The position numbers and the translations under genes are program-made. This document shows, piece by piece, positions 28,607 through 38,715 of a stretch of DNA of 64,000 nt. The stretch comes from a virus (Duplodnaviria; Caudoviricetes). The first letter of the stretch is position 1; each line of letters begins with the position of its first letter. The DNA lies in IMG/VR virus record IMGVR_UViG_2756170261_000003, positions 1 to 64,000 of that record. One strand, 5' to 3'. The notes under the pieces are model-generated. The model worked only from the letters and a program-made list of their open reading frames with translations, was not told the DNA's origin and searched no databases.

Positions 28607-28987
28607 TTAATATCGCAAGGTGAGATTGATTCCGTACTGCTCGCCGTCTTCTTTGTGCTTGGGGGCAAACGTCTTGATGCCGCAAAGGTTTCCATCGGCA
28701 TCGACAAGCGCCGCCTCCGAAACGGCGACGCCGATCAGTTCATCGCCATCGACAAGGCCCTTTCCAGTGACCGAATAGAAGTCTTCTTGAGTGACGGCGG
28801 CCAGGGGCTTGCGCAGGACTTCGTGAAAAAGCGCGGTCGCCTCTTCATCCGGCGATTTGGCCGTCATGTCTGCGTTGTGGCCGCCGTCGCCAAAAGCCAT
28901 GAAGGCAATTGGCTTCATGACCATCAGGCCGGCGTTATGCGCGGCAAGCCGTCTGCGGTAAGCGTTTAGAGTGATGGCTTCTGACAC
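28607..28987 (-). CDS. Stand-alone tail-collar/fibre attachment domain protein
   Basis: MAFGDGG..HEVLRKPL..SEAALVDADGNL resembles myophage fibre N-termini. Confidence 0.6.
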   Translation of the reverse strand: MSEAITLNAYRRRLAAHNAGLMVMKPIAFMAFGDGGHNADMTAKSPDEEATALFHEVLRKPLAAVTQEDFYSVTGKGLVDGDELIGVAVSEAALVDADGNLCGIKTFAPKHKEDGEQYGINLTLRY

Positions 28988-28991
28988 AGCA

Positions 28992-30728
28992 TCAATCCTT
29001 ATTTACTTTGGTGATGAACATTTCAAAACCCATGTTTCGCGGGCCTCCCAGCTTCCAGTTGCCAGATAGAGAAAGCCGCGATTGCGGCGGCGGCAAAAGA
29101 ATGGGCGGGCGATTTGGAATGATTTTGAATTGCCCAATGCGCGGGGATTCGCTCATTTTCCGAACCCGCAGCGTGTGCCGGCCATCCAGGCGGAATCGGC
29201 CCACGCGATTGACTGCGCCAAGCGCCCACGAACCATCCAGGCGGCGCGGGCGGCGCGTCATCTTGATTGGCTTGGGGGCATCAACGTATTGCGGAACCGG
29301 ATCGGGCGGCAGCGTTTCCCGGCGGGCGACGTTGATCGTCACGTTCTTGATCATCGACAGGTTGCCGGACATGCGCCCAGGCTTGAGCCGCCAGCTTGAC
29401 TTACCGCCGACGCGCTCACCCAGCCGGAACGACCCGAACGGGGCCGGCAGCTTCGTATAATCGCCGTCAGTGCCAAGCTTCCACTTGCCGGAAGGCTCTT
29501 GCGTGATGACGCGCCCCGGCCACGGATAGCGCTGCAGCACGTCCTTGCGCATCTTGAGGTCGCCATAGAACTGCGTTTCCAGCCTGAACGCGGCGTTCAG
29601 CATGAACTTGAATACAGGCACAATCCGCGCAGGAACCACCGAACGGATGATCTGCATCAGGTTCGCCACCGAACGCACGTTGACGCTGAAATCCAGGGCA
29701 ATCTCTACGCGGCTGGTCAACACCATGCCGGACGTGTCGGGCATTCGGCCCTTTCTGGTTTCTTCCGCGCCCTCAATGCGCCGGCCAAGGCCCCATGTGC
29801 CATCCAGCTTTAAGCCAGGCTCCCCGACCTGATACAGCCACCAGGCGAAGATGGGTTTAGGCGCGTACAGCGCTTTGGAGTACGGGTATTCGCGATCCTG
29901 CCAAAGCTGGTTGACCTCGCAGGCATTGGGAAACAGCACTTGCAGGTACGTGCGCAGGAAATGCAGGCCCCGTCCCTGGCCGTCGCCGGCCTTCCAGGCG
30001 CGGTACAGATACCTCGTAGCCGATGATTCCCGGTCGCCCTGCATCAGCACCAGGCCATCGGAATTGATCGACCGGCGCACAAGATCGAGTGACCCGAGGT
30101 GCGCAGCGCCCAGCACGTTCGCGTCAAACACCTTGTCAGCGAACAGCTTGTCGTAGAGGTCGCAGAACAGACGGCGAAGATCGTCTTCAACCGGATTTGC
30201 GGCCGCACTTCGGCGCAGCGGTTCAAGCCCGGGCGCTTCGGCATTCTGAAAGCCGAACTTGCCGATGGGCCAAGTCACCTTGCCAAAGGCCAGCGCGCCG
30301 GTTTTCTTTTGCTCGATGATGGCCGCGCCATCAATAGCCGCCTCGCCCCGGGCGTCCATAACCTGACGGTCTGACGTGCGGCGCAGCTCACCATCAATAA
30401 CCAGCTTGCCGGATACGGACACGCTTGCGCGCGGGCCGCCGATCAGCGCATCAGCGTCGATCAGAAGCACCCCGGCGGCCTCAACCGTAGCGGCGTCGGT
30501 GGATACCGCAACCGAACCGACAACAGGCTGTCGAACGATGCCGTTTAGCGTCGATCCGCTGACATATTCGCCAACCCTGAACGATCCGAACGGGGCCGGC
30601 AGCTTTACCCGCCTGTCGGTGCTGTGCGTGTCGTGCGAACGAGTGGCAACGACGCCAGATACAACCGCTTGCGCGGTTATTCCGGCCAGGGCGGGCCGAT
30701 GCTTGGCGGCGACGTAGCCCTCATGCAC
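28992..30728 (-). CDS. Baseplate wedge/tail protein
   Basis: RGLHFLRTYLQVLF, IRSVVPARIVP; repeated KLPAPFGSFR and LDGxWxLG. Confidence 0.6.
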   Translation of the reverse strand: MHEGYVAAKHRPALAGITAQAVVSGVVATRSHDTHSTDRRVKLPAPFGSFRVGEYVSGSTLNGIVRQPVVGSVAVSTDAATVEAAGVLLIDADALIGGPRASVSVSGKLVIDGELRRTSDRQVMDARGEAAIDGAAIIEQKKTGALAFGKVTWPIGKFGFQNAEAPGLEPLRRSAAANPVEDDLRRLFCDLYDKLFADKVFDANVLGAAHLGSLDLVRRSINSDGLVLMQGDRESSATRYLYRAWKAGDGQGRGLHFLRTYLQVLFPNACEVNQLWQDREYPYSKALYAPKPIFAWWLYQVGEPGLKLDGTWGLGRRIEGAEETRKGRMPDTSGMVLTSRVEIALDFSVNVRSVANLMQIIRSVVPARIVPVFKFMLNAAFRLETQFYGDLKMRKDVLQRYPWPGRVITQEPSGKWKLGTDGDYTKLPAPFGSFRLGERVGGKSSWRLKPGRMSGNLSMIKNVTINVARRETLPPDPVPQYVDAPKPIKMTRRPRRLDGSWALGAVNRVGRFRLDGRHTLRVRKMSESPRIGQFKIIPNRPPILLPPPQSRLSLSGNWKLGGPRNMGFEMFITKVNKD

Positions 30729-30730
30729 GA

Positions 30731-31150
30731 TCAGTTCCCGTTACCGTTGGTGAACGTCATCGTCGCGATGGCGATGGTCTGGCCCTTGGCGATGTTGGTG
30801 TTATTCAGGTTCATGTCGCAGCCTGAAATACCGACAGAGCCGTCGATATGCGCAACCCCGCCCGCCGTCACGATACGGAACCACGTAGCATCCGTACCGT
30901 CTCCCGCCTGGGTGGTGCCTACGCCGATTTCCAGCGGGTTGACCGTCAAGGTGCTGCCAACCGCTGGCGGCGCGAATGTGGCGCTGCAAGCAATCGAAGA
31001 CAGCAATACTTGATCGGTAATCGCTGTGTCCGGGCTGGCCGGCTGTTCTCCGCTGTAGACGCGAACAACTGCATTGGCCCCAAGCCTGGCCGTGATCTGG
31101 TCTTGCTGCGCGGCCCGCAAAGCGGCTGAAAATTTGAGATTAAGCGCCAT
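30731..31150 (-). CDS. Virion structural protein (hypothetical)
   Basis: GGAG RBS; VYSGEQPASPD, ATWFRI, IDGSVG. Confidence 0.65.
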   Translation of the reverse strand: MALNLKFSAALRAAQQDQITARLGANAVVRVYSGEQPASPDTAITDQVLLSSIACSATFAPPAVGSTLTVNPLEIGVGTTQAGDGTDATWFRIVTAGGVAHIDGSVGISGCDMNLNNTNIAKGQTIAIATMTFTNGNGN

Positions 31151-31171
31151 TACGCACTCCTAGATTTAGGG

Positions 31172-32665
31172 TTAACCGCCCCATGACGGGGTGGTGATAT
31201 TTGCCGTTGTCACGGAAACGGTGAGGCTGTCTTCGGCCACGAATCGCCATATCTCGGGGCGCGGCTTATCCAGCTCTGAAATCGACACCTTGAGGTCTGC
31301 TTGCCCATCGGACAGCGCCGGAATCTGGCTTTTCAGCAGTGCGTACACGCGCTGGTACAGTGGCTTGTTGGAGCCACGGCGCGACGCTGCGGATTCCTCG
31401 CCGAACTCCTTGAGCAGCACGTCACGCATGGCGCGCTGAATGTCGCTGGACACGTAGGACGTGGACACGACCGCGCTTACCTGCATGGCGATCTTGGAGC
31501 GCACGGCGGTAAAGAAGCGCACCTTGTAGCTGTCATCGGCGGCAAGAATCGTTGCGCGTATGGCCTTCTGCGTAGCCGTCAAGTCGGCCTCGGCCACGGT
31601 CTCTGGTGCCGGGTCTGGCTGGCCTACCGCCGCCTCTTGCACCACGGCCTCTTCGCCGCCCTGGGATAGGCAGGCCACAAACAGAGTATTGATGTTGTCC
31701 CACGAAGGGCCGCGCGCCGCTTCCTCGGCGGCTTCGTTCCATACGGACAGGAACCGCAGGCTTGGGTACGCCTTGCGCACCAGCAAATCGAACTCGCCCA
31801 GGAACACGGCGGAATCGTCATACGTGGACGGGTAGCGCGCCAGGTCTCGCAGGGTCGCCATGTCCATCGGGTTTTGCCCGACTACGAGCATGGCATCCAT
31901 CTGCAATTCGATATTGGCCTCAAGGGGCGAGCGGATATATTCGAACGAGAACGGCGATCCGGCAGCCACGTCAATTGCGCCGGACGTTCTGAATACCGTG
32001 ATCGTGAATTCCTTGCCATCGGCAGGCTGAACGCCCACAACACCCTCGTACCCGAACCGGACATACACGCGCTGGCGGTCGTCGGCCTCTACGTGGTAGA
32101 TGCGTTCGTCTGCCCAGCAATTTACGTATCGGTTTCGGTGCTCGAATTGCCCGGCGGAATCAGCCACGGCAATACCGCACAAGTGCGAATCATCCTCGGC
32201 AGGCGGAACCTGAATTGAGTAGAACGGAACGGAACCGAATACCCGGTGTTTGATGGCCGTTTGGTAGACCTGTGACGCCTCGAAGGTCACTTCCTCGCCG
32301 GGCAGGGAATGGGCGGACGTTTCGATCCGGTACGGGCGGCCAGCAGAATCCAGCACGGTTCGCCCGCTGTCGATCTGGAACGGCTCCGCACCCTTGTTGA
32401 TGACGCGCACGCGCACGCGGCTGGGCGTTCCCTTGGGGATGATCCCGCGCATGGCGGAATCGGCCAGAACGGTAGAGTCGCGCGTTTTCTCGTACGGCTC
32501 CGCCATTGATGTTTCGACCTGCGCCGACAGCATGGACAGCATCGTCGCCATCGCATTCAGGTGCTGCAATATGCGCGGGTCGCCCGCCTGGTACAACGGC
32601 GCGAGATTCGGGTACTCATTGATCGAATCTTGGATTACCTGCTGTAAGTCTTGTTTCGTCAGCAT
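31172..32665 (-). CDS. Baseplate J-like protein (P1 BplA-like)
   Basis: STVLADSAMRG, YVRFG, LSVWNE; follows wedge gene. Confidence 0.7.
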   Translation of the reverse strand: MLTKQDLQQVIQDSINEYPNLAPLYQAGDPRILQHLNAMATMLSMLSAQVETSMAEPYEKTRDSTVLADSAMRGIIPKGTPSRVRVRVINKGAEPFQIDSGRTVLDSAGRPYRIETSAHSLPGEEVTFEASQVYQTAIKHRVFGSVPFYSIQVPPAEDDSHLCGIAVADSAGQFEHRNRYVNCWADERIYHVEADDRQRVYVRFGYEGVVGVQPADGKEFTITVFRTSGAIDVAAGSPFSFEYIRSPLEANIELQMDAMLVVGQNPMDMATLRDLARYPSTYDDSAVFLGEFDLLVRKAYPSLRFLSVWNEAAEEAARGPSWDNINTLFVACLSQGGEEAVVQEAAVGQPDPAPETVAEADLTATQKAIRATILAADDSYKVRFFTAVRSKIAMQVSAVVSTSYVSSDIQRAMRDVLLKEFGEESAASRRGSNKPLYQRVYALLKSQIPALSDGQADLKVSISELDKPRPEIWRFVAEDSLTVSVTTANITTPSWGG

Positions 32666-32666
32666 G

Positions 32667-32957
32667 TCAGACCCCAGTAACTTCAAAAGTCCGGCCCGCT
32701 ATCTCGATAATCAGGTCTTGCCTGTCGGGAGGCGTTTCAACGGAATAAAGGTTGAGCGCACCAGCCGGCAGCGCTTGAAGCGCAGGAATGTCTTCGCGCA
32801 TCTTCGCCAGAAACGCATCAGCCGCACCATCCGCGAGCGGAAGTTGCAGCAGCGCTTTAAGGTCTTGCCCGTAGTCCGAACCCAAGTAGCCATTGACTTG
32901 GATTTGGAGCCAGTGCTCGACCATCGCGTGGATTTCAGTGCCGGTAATGGTTGCCAT
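32667..32957 (-). CDS. Baseplate wedge/gp25-like small protein
   Basis: HWLQIQVNGYLGSDYG; position between tape measure and baseplate J. Confidence 0.55.
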   Translation of the reverse strand: MATITGTEIHAMVEHWLQIQVNGYLGSDYGQDLKALLQLPLADGAADAFLAKMREDIPALQALPAGALNLYSVETPPDRQDLIIEIAGRTFEVTGV

Positions 32958-32964
32958 GCCAGCC

Positions 32965-33005
32965 ATCGTATGGGTCGATAGCTGGCAAAAAGGGCTGGTT
33001 TTTCC
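32965..33005 (-). promoter_or_regulatory. Putative late promoter GGAAAA-N29-TACGAT
   Basis: Copy 1 of 7; upstream of baseplate/fibre/DGR/lysis genes. Confidence 0.7.
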
Positions 33006-33011
33006 GCGTTA

Positions 33012-35678
33012 TCAGGACGAATAGCCGCCCGTGACAATGTGGGCAATGCGGCGGTCTCGAACGTCCTGGCCGGCGTCCGGCGGCGGCACGTTGACCTGGG
33101 GGGGCTTGCCGTTATCACCGCTCCCCAGCGGCACGGGAACCTTGGGCGCTTCGGCAATGGCCGGCGGGGCCGGAACCGATGGCGGGGTGACAGCCGGCGC
33201 AGATACCGTATGCGCTGGCGCTGCGGCCATCAGCACGGGCGACGCAGCGGGCGACGCGGCGGGCGAGCGATTATTCAGGCCGTTGCCGTAGTAATCCTCG
33301 GGATCAGGCCCATTGTTGGCCAGTAGCCTTGGGTCTCCGATCATCTTGTCGGCCCCGGGGGCAACGACTGGCACAATTGTTGACGAACCCCTGTGCTGAT
33401 TGGCGATATAGCGCGGCTGATCGCCCGCTTCTGGCGCGGCGTCGGCCTGGGCCAGTGCCAGCAGCTTTTCCTTTTCCTGTGAGGCCCGATTTAGCGTGCC
33501 TTTCCTGACGGCAGCCGACGAACTGGCGAACAGCTTGTCGTTGTTCTGAATCTTGTAGTCCTGAATGGCCGACACGATTTCAGCATCGGACATTTTTTCA
33601 GTGTCGCGGCCCTTGAGCGCCTTTTCGATCAGGCTTGTTTTGCCGCCGAACTGTACGGACGTGCTCCAAATGGAATCCTTTACCGCCGCGCCGCGCCCGG
33701 ACAGGTCAATGCCGGACTTTTGCAGCTTTTCCATTTGCGGGTCAAAGTGCGTCTGCTTGATGAAATTGTGCTGTGCATCGCCGAATGCTGGATCGTCCTT
33801 GGCTACCTGCTTCCACTTTGCATTGAACTCCTTTGTGCCGGGCGTCATGCCCTTGAACTGTTCGCCGTACTGGGTCGAATCAAGGAATTTTTGCAACGTG
33901 CCGGTCTTGGATGCAAGCTGATAAGTGCCGTAGGACGCGCCCCCAAAATCCCCCTTGCCGGTCGATACGGTGGCCGCGCCGCCCTTGCCGGACTCGAACA
34001 GCTTGGACGTTTTGCCCAGTACCCAATCCTTGGCCGAGGTGGCCTTGTCGCCCACCCAGGCCGCGCCTTCCCTGGCGGCATCAACGGCACGCCCGGCCCC
34101 GGCCTTCACGTCAATGCCGGTCTTTTCCTTGACGTAATCGTTTGCGGCATTGCCGGCGCTCTTGACTGACGCTATGGCGCTGGCCGCCACTTCCTTGGTG
34201 CTGGCTACGGCAGCCTTGGCCGTTTCCTTTACGTCAACACCAGTCACGTCCTTGATGTAGGCGTTCGCTTGGTCTCCCTTGTCCTTGACCCAATTGAACG
34301 CCTCGCCAGCGGCCTTCGTGACGTTCCCCCACAGCCCCTTGAGGTCGCCAACCAAGCCCTCCCACTTCGATTGCATCCCCTTGGTCAGGTCGCCCCATTT
34401 CGCGCTGAATCCGTCAGACACCTCGTTCCACTTACTGGTGAAACTCGCCATGCCGGTATCCCAGCCATTGGAGATCCATGTGGTCGCGGCTTCCCACTTT
34501 TGGGAAATCATGCCCCCAATGTCGGCACTGCGAAGATCGGCCACCCAGCCGCCCACGGTTTCGCCGACGACCTGCCCGGCCTTGTCGCCAAAGAACATGC
34601 CCGCCGCGCCGCCCACCACGCCGCCAATGGCCGCGCCGATAGGCCCGCCTAGCGCGCCCACGGCAGCGCCAAGCTTTGCGCCGGCCCACATGCCGCCCAG
34701 CGTTCCGGCCAGTCCGCCAACACCCTTGCCGGTCTTTACGTCCTTTTCACCACGGCTCAATGAATCGTCGCTTTCGCTGCTGAATATGTCGAAAATGTTG
34801 CCGGCGCTGGCAATCAGGCCGCCCAGGACAGGGATTTTCTTCAACAGCATGGCCGCGCCGGAGGCTATTCCACCCTTGGCGAACAGGCCACCAAAGAGGC
34901 CGCCGCCACCGCCGCCACCGCCTTCGTCCGGCTTCTTCTCGATTTCCTTGAGCGTCTTGTTTGTTGCCTTGGAAAACGCCGTCTCTTCCTTTCGGAACGA
35001 GCGCAGTTCACCGAATATGCGCCGATACCAGCGCTCCTTTTTCTTTTCGCTCTTGTCGCCGCCCAGGCCCTTGAGGGCGCTGTAGCCCTGGCTAAGCGGC
35101 TGGGCAATCTCATTGAATGCCTTGACGGTCGGGTCGGCCTCTTCAATCCCACCAGCCGATCCCGATACCGCAGCACTCAACCGCTTGACCAGTCCAGTTA
35201 CCGCCGTTGATTCGCCGGGGTCTCGCGGCGGATTGTTGCCGTGATTGTTGTCGCCCCCAGGCTGCTTTCCAGCGCCGGCGACGAATCGCCCGGAGGCGTC
35301 GCGCCTGGCGGTCGGGCGAACGGCCTGGGCGGCTGATCGCGCAATAGCCGCCTTCATGGCCGCTTCTGGCACGGCGCGCGCGCGCGGCTGGGCAATCTCA
35401 TTGGATGCCCTGGCGGTCGGGCTATTGCCTTTCTGGCGGCCATTGCCGAACCGGGCCGCCGCCGGAATGACGGTTCCCCTTGCGGATGGCGTGGCTACTT
35501 CGCGGCGCGCTGGCGCGCTGGCGCGCTGGCCCGGGCGCTCCGCCTTTTCAGACCTCGGGGCGGACAGAATCTGGCGGATAGCCGCCACATCGGCCTGTAT
35601 CTCACCCCAAATATCAATAGCCCTGGTCAGGTCTATGGGGTCTCCAGTCAGGAACCCATCGTCATCGTGCTTGAGCAT
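33012..35678 (-). CDS. Tape-measure-like protein with C-terminal peptidoglycan hydrolase-like domain
   Basis: Gly/Ala-rich TM region, Trp-periodic repeats, FESGKGG...SYGTYQLASKTG. Confidence 0.75.
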   Translation of the reverse strand: MLKHDDDGFLTGDPIDLTRAIDIWGEIQADVAAIRQILSAPRSEKAERPGQRASAPARREVATPSARGTVIPAAARFGNGRQKGNSPTARASNEIAQPRARAVPEAAMKAAIARSAAQAVRPTARRDASGRFVAGAGKQPGGDNNHGNNPPRDPGESTAVTGLVKRLSAAVSGSAGGIEEADPTVKAFNEIAQPLSQGYSALKGLGGDKSEKKKERWYRRIFGELRSFRKEETAFSKATNKTLKEIEKKPDEGGGGGGGGLFGGLFAKGGIASGAAMLLKKIPVLGGLIASAGNIFDIFSSESDDSLSRGEKDVKTGKGVGGLAGTLGGMWAGAKLGAAVGALGGPIGAAIGGVVGGAAGMFFGDKAGQVVGETVGGWVADLRSADIGGMISQKWEAATTWISNGWDTGMASFTSKWNEVSDGFSAKWGDLTKGMQSKWEGLVGDLKGLWGNVTKAAGEAFNWVKDKGDQANAYIKDVTGVDVKETAKAAVASTKEVAASAIASVKSAGNAANDYVKEKTGIDVKAGAGRAVDAAREGAAWVGDKATSAKDWVLGKTSKLFESGKGGAATVSTGKGDFGGASYGTYQLASKTGTLQKFLDSTQYGEQFKGMTPGTKEFNAKWKQVAKDDPAFGDAQHNFIKQTHFDPQMEKLQKSGIDLSGRGAAVKDSIWSTSVQFGGKTSLIEKALKGRDTEKMSDAEIVSAIQDYKIQNNDKLFASSSAAVRKGTLNRASQEKEKLLALAQADAAPEAGDQPRYIANQHRGSSTIVPVVAPGADKMIGDPRLLANNGPDPEDYYGNGLNNRSPAASPAASPVLMAAAPAHTVSAPAVTPPSVPAPPAIAEAPKVPVPLGSGDNGKPPQVNVPPPDAGQDVRDRRIAHIVTGGYSS

Positions 35679-36584
35679 TTACTTTCTCATGAAGGTGTCG
35701 AGCTGGGTAAACGTCATTTGGACTTCTTCAAGCCCGTCTTCCCGCCTCGAAAGGCTTACGTCAATGTTGGCCGGGCGAAACAGGCCAACGTCTTCATACC
35801 CGCCCTGGTTGCTTCCAGAGGTGACGAAGGCGTGAACGATCTTGACGCCAACCGCATAGCTGGCCGGCGGGCCTATCGTGCCGTCTCGGGCCACGGCTGC
35901 GCCGGCATGCGCCATGAACCACCGCTTGATGAACCCACTCTTGTCATCCATCGTCGTGATGCGTAGTTCAATGGGGTCGCTTGAGTTCACAGAGTCGGTG
36001 TAGGCCGCGCCCAGCTTGCGCTTGTCGCCCGACAGGATCATGGGCGTGTACTCAACATCGGTAACGAACAGGTTGAACCGGCTGGACACGTCGCCCTGCA
36101 GCGGGCTGTCAATTTCAATCAGAAACAGGTTCTTGCGCGCAAACTCGGTGGCGCGCGACTCGTCGTGAATGCGCTTCGCTTCGCTCGGGCTGATACCGCC
36201 CATGAGCGGCGTGGGCGTACCCCAATAGGCCGCCTGCGAGGCAATGCCGCCCATGCCCGGGAAGTACTTCGACAGCAGACCGGAATCCAACAGGCGCACG
36301 GCTGCGCCCTCAAAGTCGCCACTCAACACGTCGCCCAGCATGCCGCCGCCGGTATTGATCATCTTCGCCATTTGCGGCGAGATATGCTTGTTGATCATGT
36401 TCTGCGCGGCAGTGTTCGCCATGTTCGCGCCGTACTTCGTGACGGCTGTAGCAAGCTTGCCGCCGCCAAGCGCGGACGCGACACTGGATGACGCACTGCC
36501 AACGGCGGAACTGATGCCGCTCTTTATTGAGCCAAGCAGGCCCTTTGACGACAGGCTTTCAGCGACGTTGTTGTAGAGGCTCAA
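35679..36584 (-). CDS. Tail/baseplate morphogenesis protein
   Basis: 301-aa ORF coupled to portal and tape measure; tube-like C-terminal half. Confidence 0.55.
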   Translation of the reverse strand: MSLYNNVAESLSSKGLLGSIKSGISSAVGSASSSVASALGGGKLATAVTKYGANMANTAAQNMINKHISPQMAKMINTGGGMLGDVLSGDFEGAAVRLLDSGLLSKYFPGMGGIASQAAYWGTPTPLMGGISPSEAKRIHDESRATEFARKNLFLIEIDSPLQGDVSSRFNLFVTDVEYTPMILSGDKRKLGAAYTDSVNSSDPIELRITTMDDKSGFIKRWFMAHAGAAVARDGTIGPPASYAVGVKIVHAFVTSGSNQGGYEDVGLFRPANIDVSLSRREDGLEEVQMTFTQLDTFMRK

Positions 36585-38134
36585 AACCGCCCCCCTGAAT
36601 CATGCCCCCCGTCTTCGGGCGGCTTCGCATTGACGATGCTGGCAAACAGCTTGGCCTGGTCGTCATCGACCATCATGGTTCGGGATAGGAACGATTCCAT
36701 GATCTGTTCGCTTGCGCCCAGTTCTTTCATGGTTTGAAGGGCCTGGGCCAGCATCATGCCGGAGTTCATGGCGTCCGCGCGCGTGCGCTGCTTTTCTGCC
36801 TCAAGGGCCGAAATGGAACCGTAGAAGTTGATCGTCCAGGGGCGCTCCCCGGCGGGGAACACCACGCCGTAGCGGCGATAGGTGTGAATATCAATGATCT
36901 GGTTGAAGAATTCCGACAGGGCCACGCGGATAATGCGCGCGCGCTCCGCCGCCGCTGCGGACACGCGGAAGAATCCGCCATCGCCCAGGCCGCCGGCAAG
37001 CTGATCGGCAAATCCCAGCATGGACAGGTCAACGCCAAGCGCTCCGGCAAGCAATCGTGCATGCAGCATCACGTCTTCGATGCTGATATTGTTCGTCCGG
37101 CCCGTTTGTGTCTGGCCGCTCACGTTGATCAGTTGCTTTTCACCAAAAACGGGTATCAGGTGCCGGATACGCTCCATTACCGGGCGGCCATTCTTTACGG
37201 CGGTCTCCGATAGCTCCTTGGACTTGCGCAACATGCCCGTGACGGACTTGATGAACATTTCCTGTTGCTCTTTGGTCATGGAATCCATGTTGACGCCGTA
37301 CATTTGTTCGTCAATTGAATCCATCCAGCGCTGACCAACCAGGCCCATAAGCGAAGCTGAAAGGTTGTCGTAGGCCTCTTCTGCGCTGTACAGCAGCGAT
37401 CCGCCGGCCATGGACGGCATGATCGGAAGCGCGTCAATATCATCTTCCTTGAGCGCTATCCTGATCGACTTTTCATAGACGCCATGCTGGGGAACCCATT
37501 GGGTGCGCGGCATGCGCAGGCGCGCAAGCTGCGATACGTCCAGGCGCTCGAAGTTTCGCTCCCCGATGTAGACGGCATAGCCCACGGTGCGGCTACCGCG
37601 CTCGAACGGCTGCACAAGCTGCGGTCGCACCAGTTCATCTATGTACAGGTCAACAATGCCGCTCTGGTCGGCGTAGATACGCGCGTAGCTATCCCCAAAC
37701 GATGCGCCCGTGTAGGCGGTCTGGAACGCCACCTTGTTCAGAAGCGGGCCAATGTCGCGCGAGATTTCGTCAACCACGTTCGCGACGCGCTTGTTCTTTT
37801 CGGCATCCGGGGTCTTTTCCACGAACACCAGTTGCCCGCTGGTCTCATGCCCGCCCAGGGCGGTAGTGACAAGCAGCGACATGGCGGTAGAGCAAATCGG
37901 GTCGCTCTCCATGTAGGCCCATTTGTGATAAATGGACTGCCGGGTTCTGGCCAGCTTTTTGCCGGAACCCAGCAGGGAAGCAACGGTGGTGGTGCCAGCG
38001 CCGTACAAAAAGGTGTCGGCCTGGTTGATTTCTTGGGCCGGCGCAATGTTGGATGCCGCCCAGCGCTTCGCGCCTATACCCGTCATACGGGATAGGAGGC
38101 CTGGCTTTTTCAGGGCGGGGTTTTTCTCGGACAT
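36581..38134 (-). CDS. Portal protein (P1 Prt-like)
   Basis: MESDPICSTAM, FGDSYARIY, LGFADQLAGGLGDGGFFRVS. Confidence 0.75.
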   Translation of the reverse strand: MSEKNPALKKPGLLSRMTGIGAKRWAASNIAPAQEINQADTFLYGAGTTTVASLLGSGKKLARTRQSIYHKWAYMESDPICSTAMSLLVTTALGGHETSGQLVFVEKTPDAEKNKRVANVVDEISRDIGPLLNKVAFQTAYTGASFGDSYARIYADQSGIVDLYIDELVRPQLVQPFERGSRTVGYAVYIGERNFERLDVSQLARLRMPRTQWVPQHGVYEKSIRIALKEDDIDALPIMPSMAGGSLLYSAEEAYDNLSASLMGLVGQRWMDSIDEQMYGVNMDSMTKEQQEMFIKSVTGMLRKSKELSETAVKNGRPVMERIRHLIPVFGEKQLINVSGQTQTGRTNNISIEDVMLHARLLAGALGVDLSMLGFADQLAGGLGDGGFFRVSAAAAERARIIRVALSEFFNQIIDIHTYRRYGVVFPAGERPWTINFYGSISALEAEKQRTRADAMNSGMMLAQALQTMKELGASEQIMESFLSRTMMVDDDQAKLFASIVNAKPPEDGGHDSGGRF

Positions 38135-38163
38135 GATGCGCCATTCTCGAAACAATGGCTTTC

Positions 38164-38204
38164 ATCGTATGGCCCGCCCTATATGTCGATCGCGCTCTTT
38201 TTCC
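38164..38204 (-). promoter_or_regulatory. Putative late promoter GGAAAA-N29-TACGAT
   Basis: Copy 2; upstream of portal. Confidence 0.7.
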
Positions 38205-38269
38205 GAACGTGGACAGCAACGGCCAATGGCCGCCAAAAAGGCGGCCCTATGGTCAACAGCCCGACGAAA

Positions 38270-38704
38270 TTAGATGGGCTGGATCAGGCTGTTTTCAGTC
38301 TCCGAGTCATCCAGCACATAGAATTCCCCCGCGCCGAACAGGTCGAACTCGCGCGTACCGGCAAACATGGTTGCGTCGTACAGGGCGCGGAACTCGAACG
38401 CAGCCGCAATGGTCAGGTCGCCGTCAATCTGCCCGCTCAATTTGCGAACGCTGTAGGCCGATGCCAGCAGGCCGTCAACCTCGGGGCCATACAGATAGCC
38501 CCGGTCGATCAAGATGGATTTCAGCGCCCACCAGTAGGGGCCGAAGCGCAAGTATCCGCCCGGCTCCTTTCTCACGTCGCGGTCAACCAGCGCCGTGATG
38601 AATTGCGAATGGCTTGGCTCCGTATAGCGCTGGCGGTATTCGGTTCGATAGGCTTCCAGCCGGTCGGCAATGCCTGGCTGGGGAAGGTAATTGACAAATT
38701 TCAT
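38270..38704 (-). CDS. ulx: Ulx-like protein (Dar antirestriction accessory)
   Basis: 144 aa directly after darB; YLRFGPYWWALKSILIDRGY resembles P1 Ulx as I recall it. Confidence 0.6.
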   Translation of the reverse strand: MKFVNYLPQPGIADRLEAYRTEYRQRYTEPSHSQFITALVDRDVRKEPGGYLRFGPYWWALKSILIDRGYLYGPEVDGLLASAYSVRKLSGQIDGDLTIAAAFEFRALYDATMFAGTREFDLFGAGEFYVLDDSETENSLIQPI

Positions 38705-38715
38705 GATGGCGGCCC

